44,998 bases of DNA from Paraglomus brasilianum (lineage: Eukaryota). The notes beneath the pieces were generated by a model, which did not search any database, was not told the origin of the DNA, and saw only the letters and a program-made list of their open reading frames with translations. This document shows positions 1 to 10,900 of this stretch, piece by piece. The DNA lies in assembly GCA_910592345.1 (NCBI GenBank), contig CAJVPI010000181.1:1-44998 (forward strand), read 5' to 3'. Positions within the stretch are counted from its first letter, which is position 1, and every line of letters begins with the position of its first letter. Both the position numbers and the translations under genes were made by a program.

Positions 1-720
1 GTATTGTAAGCCGTTCCGAAAATGTTGGCACGTGTCACATAAATCCGTTCTTGGACTCATGATTTGAATATAAGGCGGTAATTGGTGCCACAACTTGCGG
101 AATGCGTCATATTTTAATAATTTCAATGTGCTATCATTTTCCAGACCTGCAATAAAATCACGATAGACTGACTTGTAACTTGTTTCAGCTGGCAATAGTG
201 TAAGCGATTGAGTAATGCGATTGACATTTCTACCAGGACTTGGTAGCCCATGAATTTCCGCATAGTTTTCAAGAAAATTCTTCACAGCAGTAGCAACACT
301 TACATCGATGGTTATTTTAGTTTTCCATCGCGGCACTCGTTTTATGTTACCGTGAACGCGCGGTATTATACCATTCGTCGCTAGGTGATTTCTGACGTTT
401 TCCAAATGAGTGCGGCCAATTCCTAATATGTTTTCTGATAAAGTGGCATATTGCGATCTCAATAGTAAAATGTTCGCTTATTAGTGCGCGTTTTCTTTTT
501 AAGACGTCGACTGACAGTTATTTCATTGCTTTCAGCTGGGCCATTAAAAATATACATATGTATCTTGTTTGGATCTAGAGAGAGCTTGAAATGCTTCACG
601 TAATTCGGCAAACTTCTCTCTTAGAATCATTTTCGAGCAACCGCAATTGCAACCTATCTCCAAAAAATGAATTGCTTTTTTATATTCGGTGGAAGCGCTA
701 CATCCACTATTTTTCATATA
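1..720 (-). mobile_element. Degenerate Sola2-like DNA transposase, truncated by the left window edge
   Basis: Manual minus-strand translation gives AIHFLEIGCNCGCSKMILREKFAELREAFQALSRSKQD..FLMAQLKAM, then frameshifts and one stop at about 430-560. An open frame from about 430 to 1 reads LGIGRTHLENVRNHLATNGIIPRVHGN...VKNFLENYAEIHGLPSPGR...LLPAETSYKSVY...FRKLWHQLPPYIQIMSPRTDLCDTC. The CxC..C, RVHGN, GLPxPGR and PRTDLCxxC motifs match my recollection of Sola2-type transposases. No TIR identified. Confidence 0.75.
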
Positions 721-1125
721 CGGGTAACCCTATATATAATTTTTATCAATTGTGTAAGATATTTTGGCAAGGATTTAGTTCCTAATTAACTTTTTATAAT
801 TTCCAGCAAACGCCTTTCTTTCAGTTCTTTTAACCTTAGTACTAAACGTCCGCAACAGGTAATCGCCGATATTTAATCACTAACTAGGATTTTCACTACT
901 ATTCGGCTTATTCATTTTTTTTGGATTAACCCTTATGCTAAAAGTGCTAGCCAGCACATCATGCAAAGACTTCTTTTGCTATTAATTATTAGTATTAGCT
1001 AATTTTTAAACCACATTTGTACATGCTAGGCCTAACATATAATCAATCTCTCAAATAAAGTAGCTGTTGAACAGATGTACATCATGTTCAGCCTGTATAG
1101 GTTTAGCTGGTTGAGCATTAACGTG

Positions 1126-1640
1126 CTATCGAATTTCTGGGTTCATAAAATGAGGATACTGAATCTGACCTGCCAATCCAGCCCAATCAAAATCTACGAT
1201 CTTTACTCGTCCATCATCATATTTTCGCCCCTCAAATCGCCATGTGCATATCCCAAGTCATGGAACGAGTTCATCCTGTAACCACATTATCCTTTACCCC
1301 TACTCTGTCATCAACATCTGTCAGCATCCTCCAATTGTCTGGTAAATACTCCATTAACAGCTCTATCAAGTTCGTCAAACCCCAACAATGCCGGTGCAAA
1401 TCCTTTTTCAGCTACATTAACGTGAGCTTGTTGTAGTCCATATCGCATGGTAAACTTGACAAATACCAGACGATCTGCTGTTTTTGCTACATAGAGTGGT
1501 CTTTTATCAATAAGACGGCGTATGTAAGCGAATGAAGTAGGATTACTAGCTGACTCAAGACTGCAGAAATCTCGGACATATGGAAAAGCTGCCTCCCAAC
1601 GGACACTATTGTCTGATGCAGACAGTTTCTGACGATAAGA
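1126..1640 (-). pseudogene. Frameshifted protein kinase-like pseudogene (fungal HGDLR/DFDWAG-type)
   Basis: Collinear minus-strand fragments in shifting frames: AFPYVRDF...FAYIRRLIDKRPLYVAKTADRLVFVKFTMRYGLQQAHVNVAEKGFAPALLGF / LLMEYLPDNW / FHDLGYAHGDLRGENMM / GRVKIVDFDWAGLAGQIQYPHFMNPEIR*. The VKF lysine strand, HGDLRxxN catalytic loop and DFD motif are present, with at least 3 frameshifts. Confidence 0.8.
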
Positions 1641-3596
1641 TTCATGGAGATTTGCTTAAAAGCTTAAGTTAGTTCTATCCTGACAATTTGCATCAATAAA
1701 TTTTCTTTTCAGATATTATTGTTGTGCATTTCATCACCCTTTTTTTTCTGGAAATAGGATAAACATTGAACACCATTCGTGTTCCATATCAGCATATTAG
1801 TCAACAAGTATTGTTATAATTGGCGTTAATTATATAACTTTCAAAAATAATGCCGATAGTAGAACCCGTCATCCTATTGAAAACAAATGATAGGTATTTT
1901 GCACGACATTGATGAATTCGACGGTAGATGTTGAGTAAAATTCTATTGAGTACTCGTGGGAAAACCAAAGTTGTGACAGGTTATTATAATCACACGACTG
2001 ACAGAAGTTACCTAACGATAATGGAACAAAGGGACAAGCAAATCCCAATTGTCATACATCTCAAAAGCTTAAAAGGACTAGTGAAGCAACAGAAATGTGT
2101 ATGCTTGCAGGGATTTCCCGAGTTGCTTAATAAACATTCATTTTCGAACTAAAAAGTGTCTCTTTAGAATATCGACTATAACAGAGAACGATCAATAACT
2201 TGCATTAAACTCCCATACATATTTTACAAGTGATCATCATTCTGATACCGTCAATCCTCGGCCGGCGAATATCATAAACTCGACCAAATAATGAAGAGAC
2301 AAGCATTCGGTGCATAGGCATAAATGTCGACTAGTGTACTTGCAATCATAAAATTTGCCGTAAGCGATAACGTAGATCAATCAGTCACGGGCCAAACAAT
2401 TTTTGGCAACTGTTACACAAACATGCGGGGTAAGCAATGCATGGGTGCGCTGGCGAGATCAGTGTCAGTGCACTTTCGCTCAAGCCCCGCTGTAAATGCA
2501 TTCAACAATACTTTTTGCTCGTTGGTAATGCAAGGAGATGTCGAATATGAACAAACATTTATTGTTTAATGCATATCATCTAGTGTTTTCCTGCGCATGT
2601 GTCTAATTTAATACTCATGCAAGAATGTTTCAATCGACTTCTAAAAATACACACATCTAAGGAGAAGAGTACGCTAAACTATTCCTATTCTTCTAAAGAT
2701 TGTTCCATTGCGTAATTGAACGCTTAATTGGTTCATGAATGCCGAGCAATATAAATAAACGCTCATTTAAAAAGTTACCTAACATGCACATAGTCATCAT
2801 AATAATGCTGAACAAATTCTACTATTGTTCTCTCCTGCAGCGATGGCACCAGGAGGTGTTGCTTTACATCGTTGTTTGCCTTTTTATGACTCGGGAGAAT
2901 ATTAAAATCGGTTCACGAACCTTTTCGAGTCAAATATGGTACCCCTGCTTTAATTTGTACGACGTAGATTATCTATTGTTCTCAACCTGCCTGCGTATCG
3001 TAGACTTGTTCATATACACGTATATGAGACTGTTTACGCAACCAAAATGGTTATGTATTTGTTACCAGTAATTCAATGGCAATAACACTGTATAAATAAC
3101 AATTTATCCAGACTATAAAATAAATCTTTGTTGATTATTTGTGTTCTCTTCACCGAGAATACAACATTGTGTCTTTATGTTTTGTTATCTGCGTCCGGTT
3201 GTATGTACATTACATCATATGACGCACAGTAAAGAGGTCAAGTAATATAATGTGTTCATAAATCAAACCATATGTACTTCCAAACTTCATTATTGATTTA
3301 AAATAGGCAAGCTAGTATATTACTTGGCAGCCATGTGGGATTGTTGCTCGGGTAATCTCGATAAACAACGAAACAAACGTATTTGTTGTTCTCGCGTAGA
3401 AGTTTTGGATGTAAGTGTTTTTAATTATTATGTAAGAATGGCAGGACATTGAGTCATTAATATAAATATTATAATAAAGAATAAATTAGCAATAAACAAG
3501 TGTTTCTTTTGATAACAAACACACGATACTACGCGCAGCAAACCCTGTTTAATTATAAATATAGTGGGCTTCTTCTTAGAGTCTAGCAAATCAATC

Positions 3597-3932
3597 ATGC
3601 CAGTTAGTCGAGAGAGAAGGAAACAGTTGCGGGAAGAGAAAAAAAAACGAAAAGCAAATGTTCGTCCAGGGAATGGATTTATGCAATTTCGCAGAGTTGT
3701 GTCTAGTGCAGTTGCAGGAGAACAAACTGCAATAAATCAAAATGAGCTATCCAAGATTTTGGGAGATATTTGGGCGTCGTTAAAACCGGAGGAGCGCAAT
3801 TCATTCGAATGGAGTCAAGAGCTTTTGCAAGCATTGCATACCAACACCGCTTCCAATAATAATAGTCGTCCCCGCCAAACATGGATTGGAGGCAACTTTA
3901 TTTTAACAGAATACCAAAAACCACCCAGTTAA
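3597..3932 (+). CDS. Small intronless MATA-type HMG-box protein (111 aa), HMG-A
   Basis: ATG at 3597 in tcaatcATG context, with TATAAATA at about 3554. The sequence RPGNGFMQFRRVVS...NQNELSKILGDIWASLKPEERNSFE fits HMG helices 1-3. Basic N-terminus (RRKQLREEKKKRK) is a likely NLS. Confidence 0.85.
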   Translation: MPVSRERRKQLREEKKKRKANVRPGNGFMQFRRVVSSAVAGEQTAINQNELSKILGDIWASLKPEERNSFEWSQELLQALHTNTASNNNSRPRQTWIGGNFILTEYQKPPS

Positions 3933-4252
3933 CTCACATTCGCATGAGAATAAGCCAAGCAAGCGACCTCGCATTATGCGTACCGAATTTATGATTACAG
4001 TGGACACTCTAAATACATGCTTTCTATGCCAATAGCACTTCTTCTTTTTTTACAAGGGGAGCTAAATCAACTGTACGATGTATTGGGAAAATAAGCTGCC
4101 ATTCTATGCTAAGTTGAATAAAATGAACTACAACTAGAAAAAATGTTCCGTATTACTATTGTATGTAAGGTTTATTATGACTAATACATAACCAGGTATT
4201 AGTTCATAATGCATAGCACAAGGATGAAAAGAAGATTCGTAAATATATGTAC

Positions 4253-4283
4253 TATTTATTTATTTATTTATTTATTTATTTAT
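4253..4283. repeat. (TATT)n microsatellite
   Basis: About 7-8 perfect TATT units. Confidence 0.95.
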
Positions 4284-5749
4284 ATGTATCTATTATCACA
4301 TATACCTGTATTATGACAATACAGTTTACTTTAATCTCCACATAAACAAATCATGATTATCCAATAAAGGAAACGTAATACAGTCACGGGCCAAACTTGT
4401 TTGGCGTAATCAAATACGGGTGATGCTTCATAGACTATGTGTTCTATAATATAAAGATTACGGAATAATATCATCTTAAAAATATTACCGATTGTCGCAT
4501 GAGAAACCTTGTCCGTGTCTAGACATGAGAATGCTGGGTAGTAAGTACTACACCGTCGCTAACATAATCTACTCTCTTAATTTGGCATTGCTTTTGCCAC
4601 TCTGTTGGGATTGCCGGGCCTATGACGCCTTACTTGTCTTGTTAATAGCAGGTTGATCTCTTCACGTGTACAGCTATGGGACTTTCCATTTTGAATACAT
4701 TAGCAAATTATTCGGTTGCTATATTAGTCATCATTTGTGGCAATGAAATTAATTTACCAGAACTGGAAGTCAAGAACAACCCCATACATTTATTTTCAAT
4801 GAATTTTGCATTCTTTAGTAAAATCACTTTCCTTCAACGAAACCCGTACAGCAGGGAGAATTGTCACACATTCCCCATTTGTTATTGTTATATTTCAATT
4901 ATTGGCACACCTGATGTTTCACGTGAATCATAACAAGTAATGTGAACACTGAGAAATTGTGACAACTTAACAATGAGATATAGAAATATCAGCCTTGGTG
5001 TGTTGGCGAATCAGAATGATTTTAATTTACCTCAAAAGTGAATTATTGAATGGGTGGATAACAATTGCAGATGTCGACATTGTTCTTGTGTGCCAATTGT
5101 CATTATCGACGGGATAATAGTAACACAAATTAACCAAGGGGAATATTATTATTATTATTATTCACTCATAACTCATGACTGCTTAGAAGTCGATCAATAG
5201 TTGCGTCAAGACATAACAGTGTGATAATGCACCAATTGTCACATTTATGTCGCAACCCGTGAGACGCGAGCCATTTGACTGATATTCAATGATCAGACGT
5301 AAATTTATGAATCACAAATACCAGGTGCCAATAATATCTCACACGTCCCAACTATAAATATAAATTTTGTTGTTAAGTTGCTGCGCGTATTAATTGCATG
5401 GTCATTTGGATAACAATGACATCATGCGTCGTCTTTATGGTATCCCTCCTTTCAAAAAACGACCTAGCTATATTGGTCATAACTTTGTGTTATGGAAGTT
5501 GTTTGCCAGGTAAACTCAACAAACGACGCCACAAAGCCGACCATGCGTTCGTAGACAGTCTTTAATTATTGGTGTTCGGCGATAGAGCACAATACAGACG
5601 TGAATAGGAGAGTAAACAATATGTGCCGTAATAGTAGCGAGCAAATATATTTTGAACCTAACCAATTTAAATATTACATAAAAGTTATTTAACTGACTTT
5701 CTTATATAAGAGGGCTTTTCCCATTCCTAACGACCTGTCCTCAGCAAAT

Positions 5750-6157
5750 ATGCCGTCGTGTCCTGAAAGACGTCGATACGCTCGATTATTGAGACGCCTA
5801 GAGGCCGGGTTTCGTCCAACTAACGCATTCATGCGTTTTCGAACGGACGTCTCGTTGGCATTGGGGCCGATTGCTCATCAAACAGTAATATCAGCCATCG
5901 CCTCGGACATGTGGCGAGAGTCCTCCGCCGAGCAACGGCTATATTACGAGTTATTGGTGGAGTATGAAAGAGAGCAATATCGCAATCGTTGTTCAAATGT
6001 TCGCCCAAATTCAGAAAATATCGTGCCGCGAACCCATTATATGGGTGACAATATGTTTATTGTAACATTCAACCCTAGTTCCACTTCCGTGAACCAGGCC
6101 TCTGAGGACAACCAGGTTTCTGAGGACAACCAGGTCTCTGAGGATAACCAAGTCTAA
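5750..6157 (+). CDS. Small intronless MATA-type HMG-box protein (135 aa), HMG-B
   Basis: RPTNAFMRFRTDVS...HQTVISAIASDMWRESSAEQRLYYE fits the HMG box. TATATAAG lies about 45 bp upstream. Acidic NQ(V/A)SED repeats at the C-terminus. Confidence 0.9.
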   Translation: MPSCPERRRYARLLRRLEAGFRPTNAFMRFRTDVSLALGPIAHQTVISAIASDMWRESSAEQRLYYELLVEYEREQYRNRCSNVRPNSENIVPRTHYMGDNMFIVTFNPSSTSVNQASEDNQVSEDNQVSEDNQV

Positions 6158-6215
6158 TGATAACTACGTCTCTGATGATAACCAGGTCTCTGATAATGAC
6201 CAAGCCTCTAACGAT
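6092..6215 (+). repeat. 18-bp tandem repeat (AACCAGGTCTCTGAGGAC consensus), about 7 units, spanning the HMG-B stop codon
   Basis: Units start at 6092, 6110, 6128, 6146 (16 bp), 6162, 6180 and 6198. Confidence 0.9.
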
Positions 6216-7342
6216 AGTAATTAGCTCATTCTGAATATTTAAATTGTTCAGTTCTGATTTCAGCCTCGGAAAAAGTTTCGTTAATCGTTCGACTTACGCT
6301 GAAGACTACGACTCTCTCTCCCCTTCCCCTTTTTTGTCGTCTTTAAGATTATTGTAAGCTGCAATAAATATAAGAAAATAAGCATAGTTGTCACAGTAAG
6401 CTCTTTCGATGTTAATTAAGAAGTCAAATCAAATAATAAATATGCAAGATTTTTTTTGTTGAATAATGTCCAATCAGTTTAATTTAATGAGAGCTCAAAT
6501 TCAATTCAGATGTGAGCATGCGCCACGGTATGTATAAATCAAACAATAATGCATGAACAATATCGCAGAGTAGAATAATCAAACGGAAGATAACTCCGTG
6601 AATTAAAAATGTTTTCTATTTACAGAGAAGGTTGGGGGCGGTGCTGTTAGGAGTTTAAATCCGATAAAGCAGCGGATTTATATTGTATTGTTGCGTCTAT
6701 TTATAATCCACGCTTTCATGCGGTTTATTATATTACGGTTCAATTCAAATCCGAAGCGTGTGCATTCTAGAAAAAAGAAGGAACGGTCCCAAGTCCGTAA
6801 ATTAATTCCAACCCGTTAATCAACATGTACTTATACGACCATGTCTTTGTTATAGAATTGGGGAATGGATCATCTTTATTCCTGTTAGAGTTTACTTATA
6901 TGCTACTAAATAAACTGAATTGAATTATTATAAATTGTGAAGTTCATATATATTAATTCTATTATCACGCTATCCGTCGTGTCTATTAACACCAACATAT
7001 ACATCAATGCTATTACGACTTTGGCAAAAAGCCAACAGTATATTCAAAATTATTACTTATACTATATGTAGTAGACAATAGAGGGAAAAGCTGGTTAATT
7101 CAGAATGTTTCAGAGATTTTATTCTTACAGAGAGGGTTTTGCAAAGTCGAAATGCCCCGCCGTACGAGATAGTCGTTAATTTCTATTATTAAATAGGAAC
7201 TTTCTAATTTCATTCGCTCACCTCGAACAATAATAATAATTTATTGTCTTTGACATTACGGTATAACTCTGATTGCCTAATACTAATAAGATAAGCACAC
7301 TCCATAATAATAAATGAAACAGGCTAAGGTTTGAGTCCAAAG

Positions 7343-7473
7343 TGTATGTATGTATGTATGTATGTATGTATGTATGTATTGTATGTATGTATGTATGTAT
7401 GTATGTATGTATGTATGTATGTATGTATGTATTGTATGTATGTATGTATGTATGTATGTATGTTACGTATGTA
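7343..7473. repeat. Interrupted (TATG)n microsatellite
   Basis: About 30 TATG units with two TATTG interruptions. Confidence 0.95.
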
Positions 7474-7969
7474 TAGCGCTGTTAAATATTTAAAAAAAGC
7501 GAGCTAATTATAAGCCGAAAGACATAACATATGCTACAACAAATTTGTCAAAATTGGCAAGTTCTAGATTCCACCAAACATAGAACGGGCTCGCACTATT
7601 AAATCCCGCATTCTCCTTTCCCATCGTATGATACAAATGAATATTATTCTCGTTTATTAATAATTATTATTATGGAGATTCAACGTGAACTCTACGAAAT
7701 AAACATTAAAAGTTGTATAGTGTGTAGCAGTTTGAATCTACTGAATTCATCTGTTGCGACAGAATCCATATATTCCTAACGTTCCATATTAATTTTCCAA
7801 AATATGATAAATGATAGAAAATGACTCACACAATTAATTTATTTAGCTCTAACTGTTGTCGCATCAACTAGCTATAATCTATACGTCACCCCCACCCCAA
7901 TGTACAATCCAAAGAATGTGGCTAAATTACATTAACATTGTCCATACAAAAAGCCTACACTACTGATCG

Positions 7970-10900
7970 TCATAGCCCTTTATTGTCCTTTACACTGTTT
8001 TCGCTATCCTTATTCCCTTCCTTCTCTCCATCGTCCTTTTTCTCGAATCCACCTTCCAAACTTCTTCTCTTCTCCAATCTATTCCTTCGTGTACTCGTTT
8101 CACCCAATCCAAAACCACTTCCATTATTTTTGTCTCGCGGGGGTAAATCTGAAACTGATGCACTCATGCGCAGTGCCTGCTTCTCGATCTTTGTTAGTTT
8201 CTCCACAGGCGCTTCGTATCTCGAAGAAGATAGCGACTCGGACTGTCGGCGATGACGGGGAGACAGCGGTTGATTGGGATTCCAAGTAGGATCAACATCG
8301 ACCAGGAAGAATCTTACACCATCTGGAAGTTCATAGGCTGACGTTTGCGGGTTCTGAATTGAAAACATCACAATATTATTAGAAAGTCCTAGGGAAAAAC
8401 AACCAATATTACTATCACTGGAAGGAAATTCTTCTGGACATCCACCTTTGAATCGGCTACTTGTTCTGTAATATTCAAAATACGTCTAACAGTAAACATC
8501 TTATTTTGTAATTGTGGTTCTAACATCTCGTTGCTGCGTAAGAAGTAATGGGGAGCATTGACATTGAAAGCAGCCCACGTCTTTGTCGTATTTTGTCTAG
8601 TCGGAAGAAACAGTGCGATATCGCTTGGTCTGAAACTGGTAATAATGAAGAGACCATTAAAAATTAGCATTCAAAGAAGCTTTAACCACACTTTGAATTT
8701 GCGTAAACACTTACTTTCTGAATGCAATCTTGTCTTTCGCATCTTGGCTCGCTTTCTGGTACTTTTCTGTAAATTAAATACTTCACGTCATTCAAATATT
8801 TTCGTTTACCCCATTCTTCTTCTCAACCGCAGACAAACGCTTACCTCTAGCAGTTTTTAAATCTTTCTGAGCCTTCTTCAGCAAGCTTTCCGCATCTTTA
8901 ACTGACCGCTTGATCCAGCCACAAACTTCATCCAAATTCACCGTTTTAGCAGCGTTCGCTATCTTTTCATATTCTTCTATTAGCATCTCCTCTTTGCTTG
9001 TTTCCGAGACCGTTGCAGCAGCCAGATTGTCCACGGATTCAACATCTTCTCTTGACATGTCAGAGTTGGAAGTTGAAGAGAAAGTCGTGGAAGTACTTGA
9101 TATGGGTGAGAGAGGAAGTTGCTTATGAAATGATGACATGAGTGAGTGGAAATGTGTGTAATAGTCGAGTAACAAGCAAGCGACTAGATGGCATGCTTTG
9201 GAGTAACGCGAGTAAGATGAACGAAGTGTTTTGAAAGATGATTGAAGGTCGGCGATCGTTTTCTGGAGTTCGGTTTGCATCTTGTCACGTTTGGCGGCGT
9301 GTGACGTTGCTTTCTGGTTCATCTACAGAAATTTATGGGTTAGAATCGTGTATAACAGACAGGAATCAGAAATAGTAACCAACCTCTTCTAGCTTTTGTT
9401 CGTTTGATTTATACTCCATCTCTTTACTCTCGATCTTGAGATTCAGCTCCTTTACTTCTTCTTGCAGCTTTTGTTTTTGAGCGCGCATTTCTCCCAAAGA
9501 GGTCTCATATTCCACATGCTGTTTTTGAAAGCGTTGTTAGCTTGTATACTTATTATACAATAGACAAGCACTACTAACAAACCTCTTGTTCCCGTTTCGC
9601 TACCAGATCGTTTAATTCGGTTTGTAAATTACGAGTTTGTTCGAGAAGACTTTCTGACTCCGATCGTAGAGCATTTATTTCATTTTCTAGTACAGCTCGT
9701 TGCTTCATCTCACCATCAGAACTTTCTCGTCTTTTTTCAAGCTAAATAAGAGCGCCGACATTAAGTCTACGATAAATCGTCAACGTTATAAACATTAAAA
9801 AATGTCATACCTCAGCCCGACATTGCCCAAACTCGTATTGTATCTTCTTGTAAACTTGTTCCAAGTCTGCATGTTCGTGCTCCTTAGCGCTTGCTTGTGA
9901 TTTGGCTTCTTCTAATTGTCTAGTCAACGAAGCCTTTCCCTCTTCGTAAGCCTTTATTTCACCTGTCAGCTCGCTTTCTATCTCTTTCAGCTTCGACCGC
10001 AAAGATGCCATCTCTTTTTCATTCGAGTGGTGTAAATCTGAATATTGTGCTTGCAAGTTTTTTGTCTTGTCCAACTCGGTATGATACAATGATTCGAATT
10101 CTTTCCGTTTATATTCCTCAGCCTCGAGACGCTTTTGCAATTGGTCGATTAGTTCATCCCGTTCGTTCAACTGTTCCGTTAATCGCTGTTCAATGTTTTC
10201 GCTGGTGTTTTTGTGAAGCATTGATTCCGAAATTCTTTTTTCCGTTTCCTCCTTCAATTGATCGGATATATTGCGGTTCTGTTCTTTCAACAAGTCATTC
10301 TCTCTTTGTATATCATTTAAACGAGCCTCTAGTAGTAGTTGATCTTGATTAGGCACGGCACTCGTCTTTTTCAAAGTTTCAACCTCACGCACACTATCTT
10401 TGTAAGAAAGCTGTAGCTGACGATACTTTTCATCAAGGTCATTAGCGCGTTTCTCAGCCACTTCTTTCTCCTCTACTGCCATCGCGTGTAATCCATCCAG
10501 CGCTTGCATGTGAGCATCTAGTTCAGTAGCCTTTTTCGTTAAGACTTCATTTTCCTTAAGAGCTATGCTATAAGATTCCTCAACTTTTCTCGAATTTTGA
10601 TAATTTGTCTGTAACTTGCTTTCAAGACCTTTAATTCTTGATTCATAATTCTGGAAAAAAAACCCCCCAGGTATATATTTAGTATATATTTAGTATATAT
10701 TTAGTATATACCTACAAACAATAAGAAGACAGACCTTGAGCTTATTTTCAGCCAATTCCAGCCTTTTTGACTTGTCTAAAAGCAACGATTCGGAATCGAC
10801 TTCACTTTCAGAAAAACTTTGTCGCGATAGGCGTTTCGCGCTGCGAGATGCCTGTCCTCTTGCGGGAACAGCTAAAGTACTATAAGTTGATATCGTACGC

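Noticed and set aside
6650..6780. Short hairpin TAAATCCG..CGGATTTA and repeated AATCC motifs (possible MITE remnant)
   Set aside because: No terminal inverted repeats or target-site duplication could be defined.
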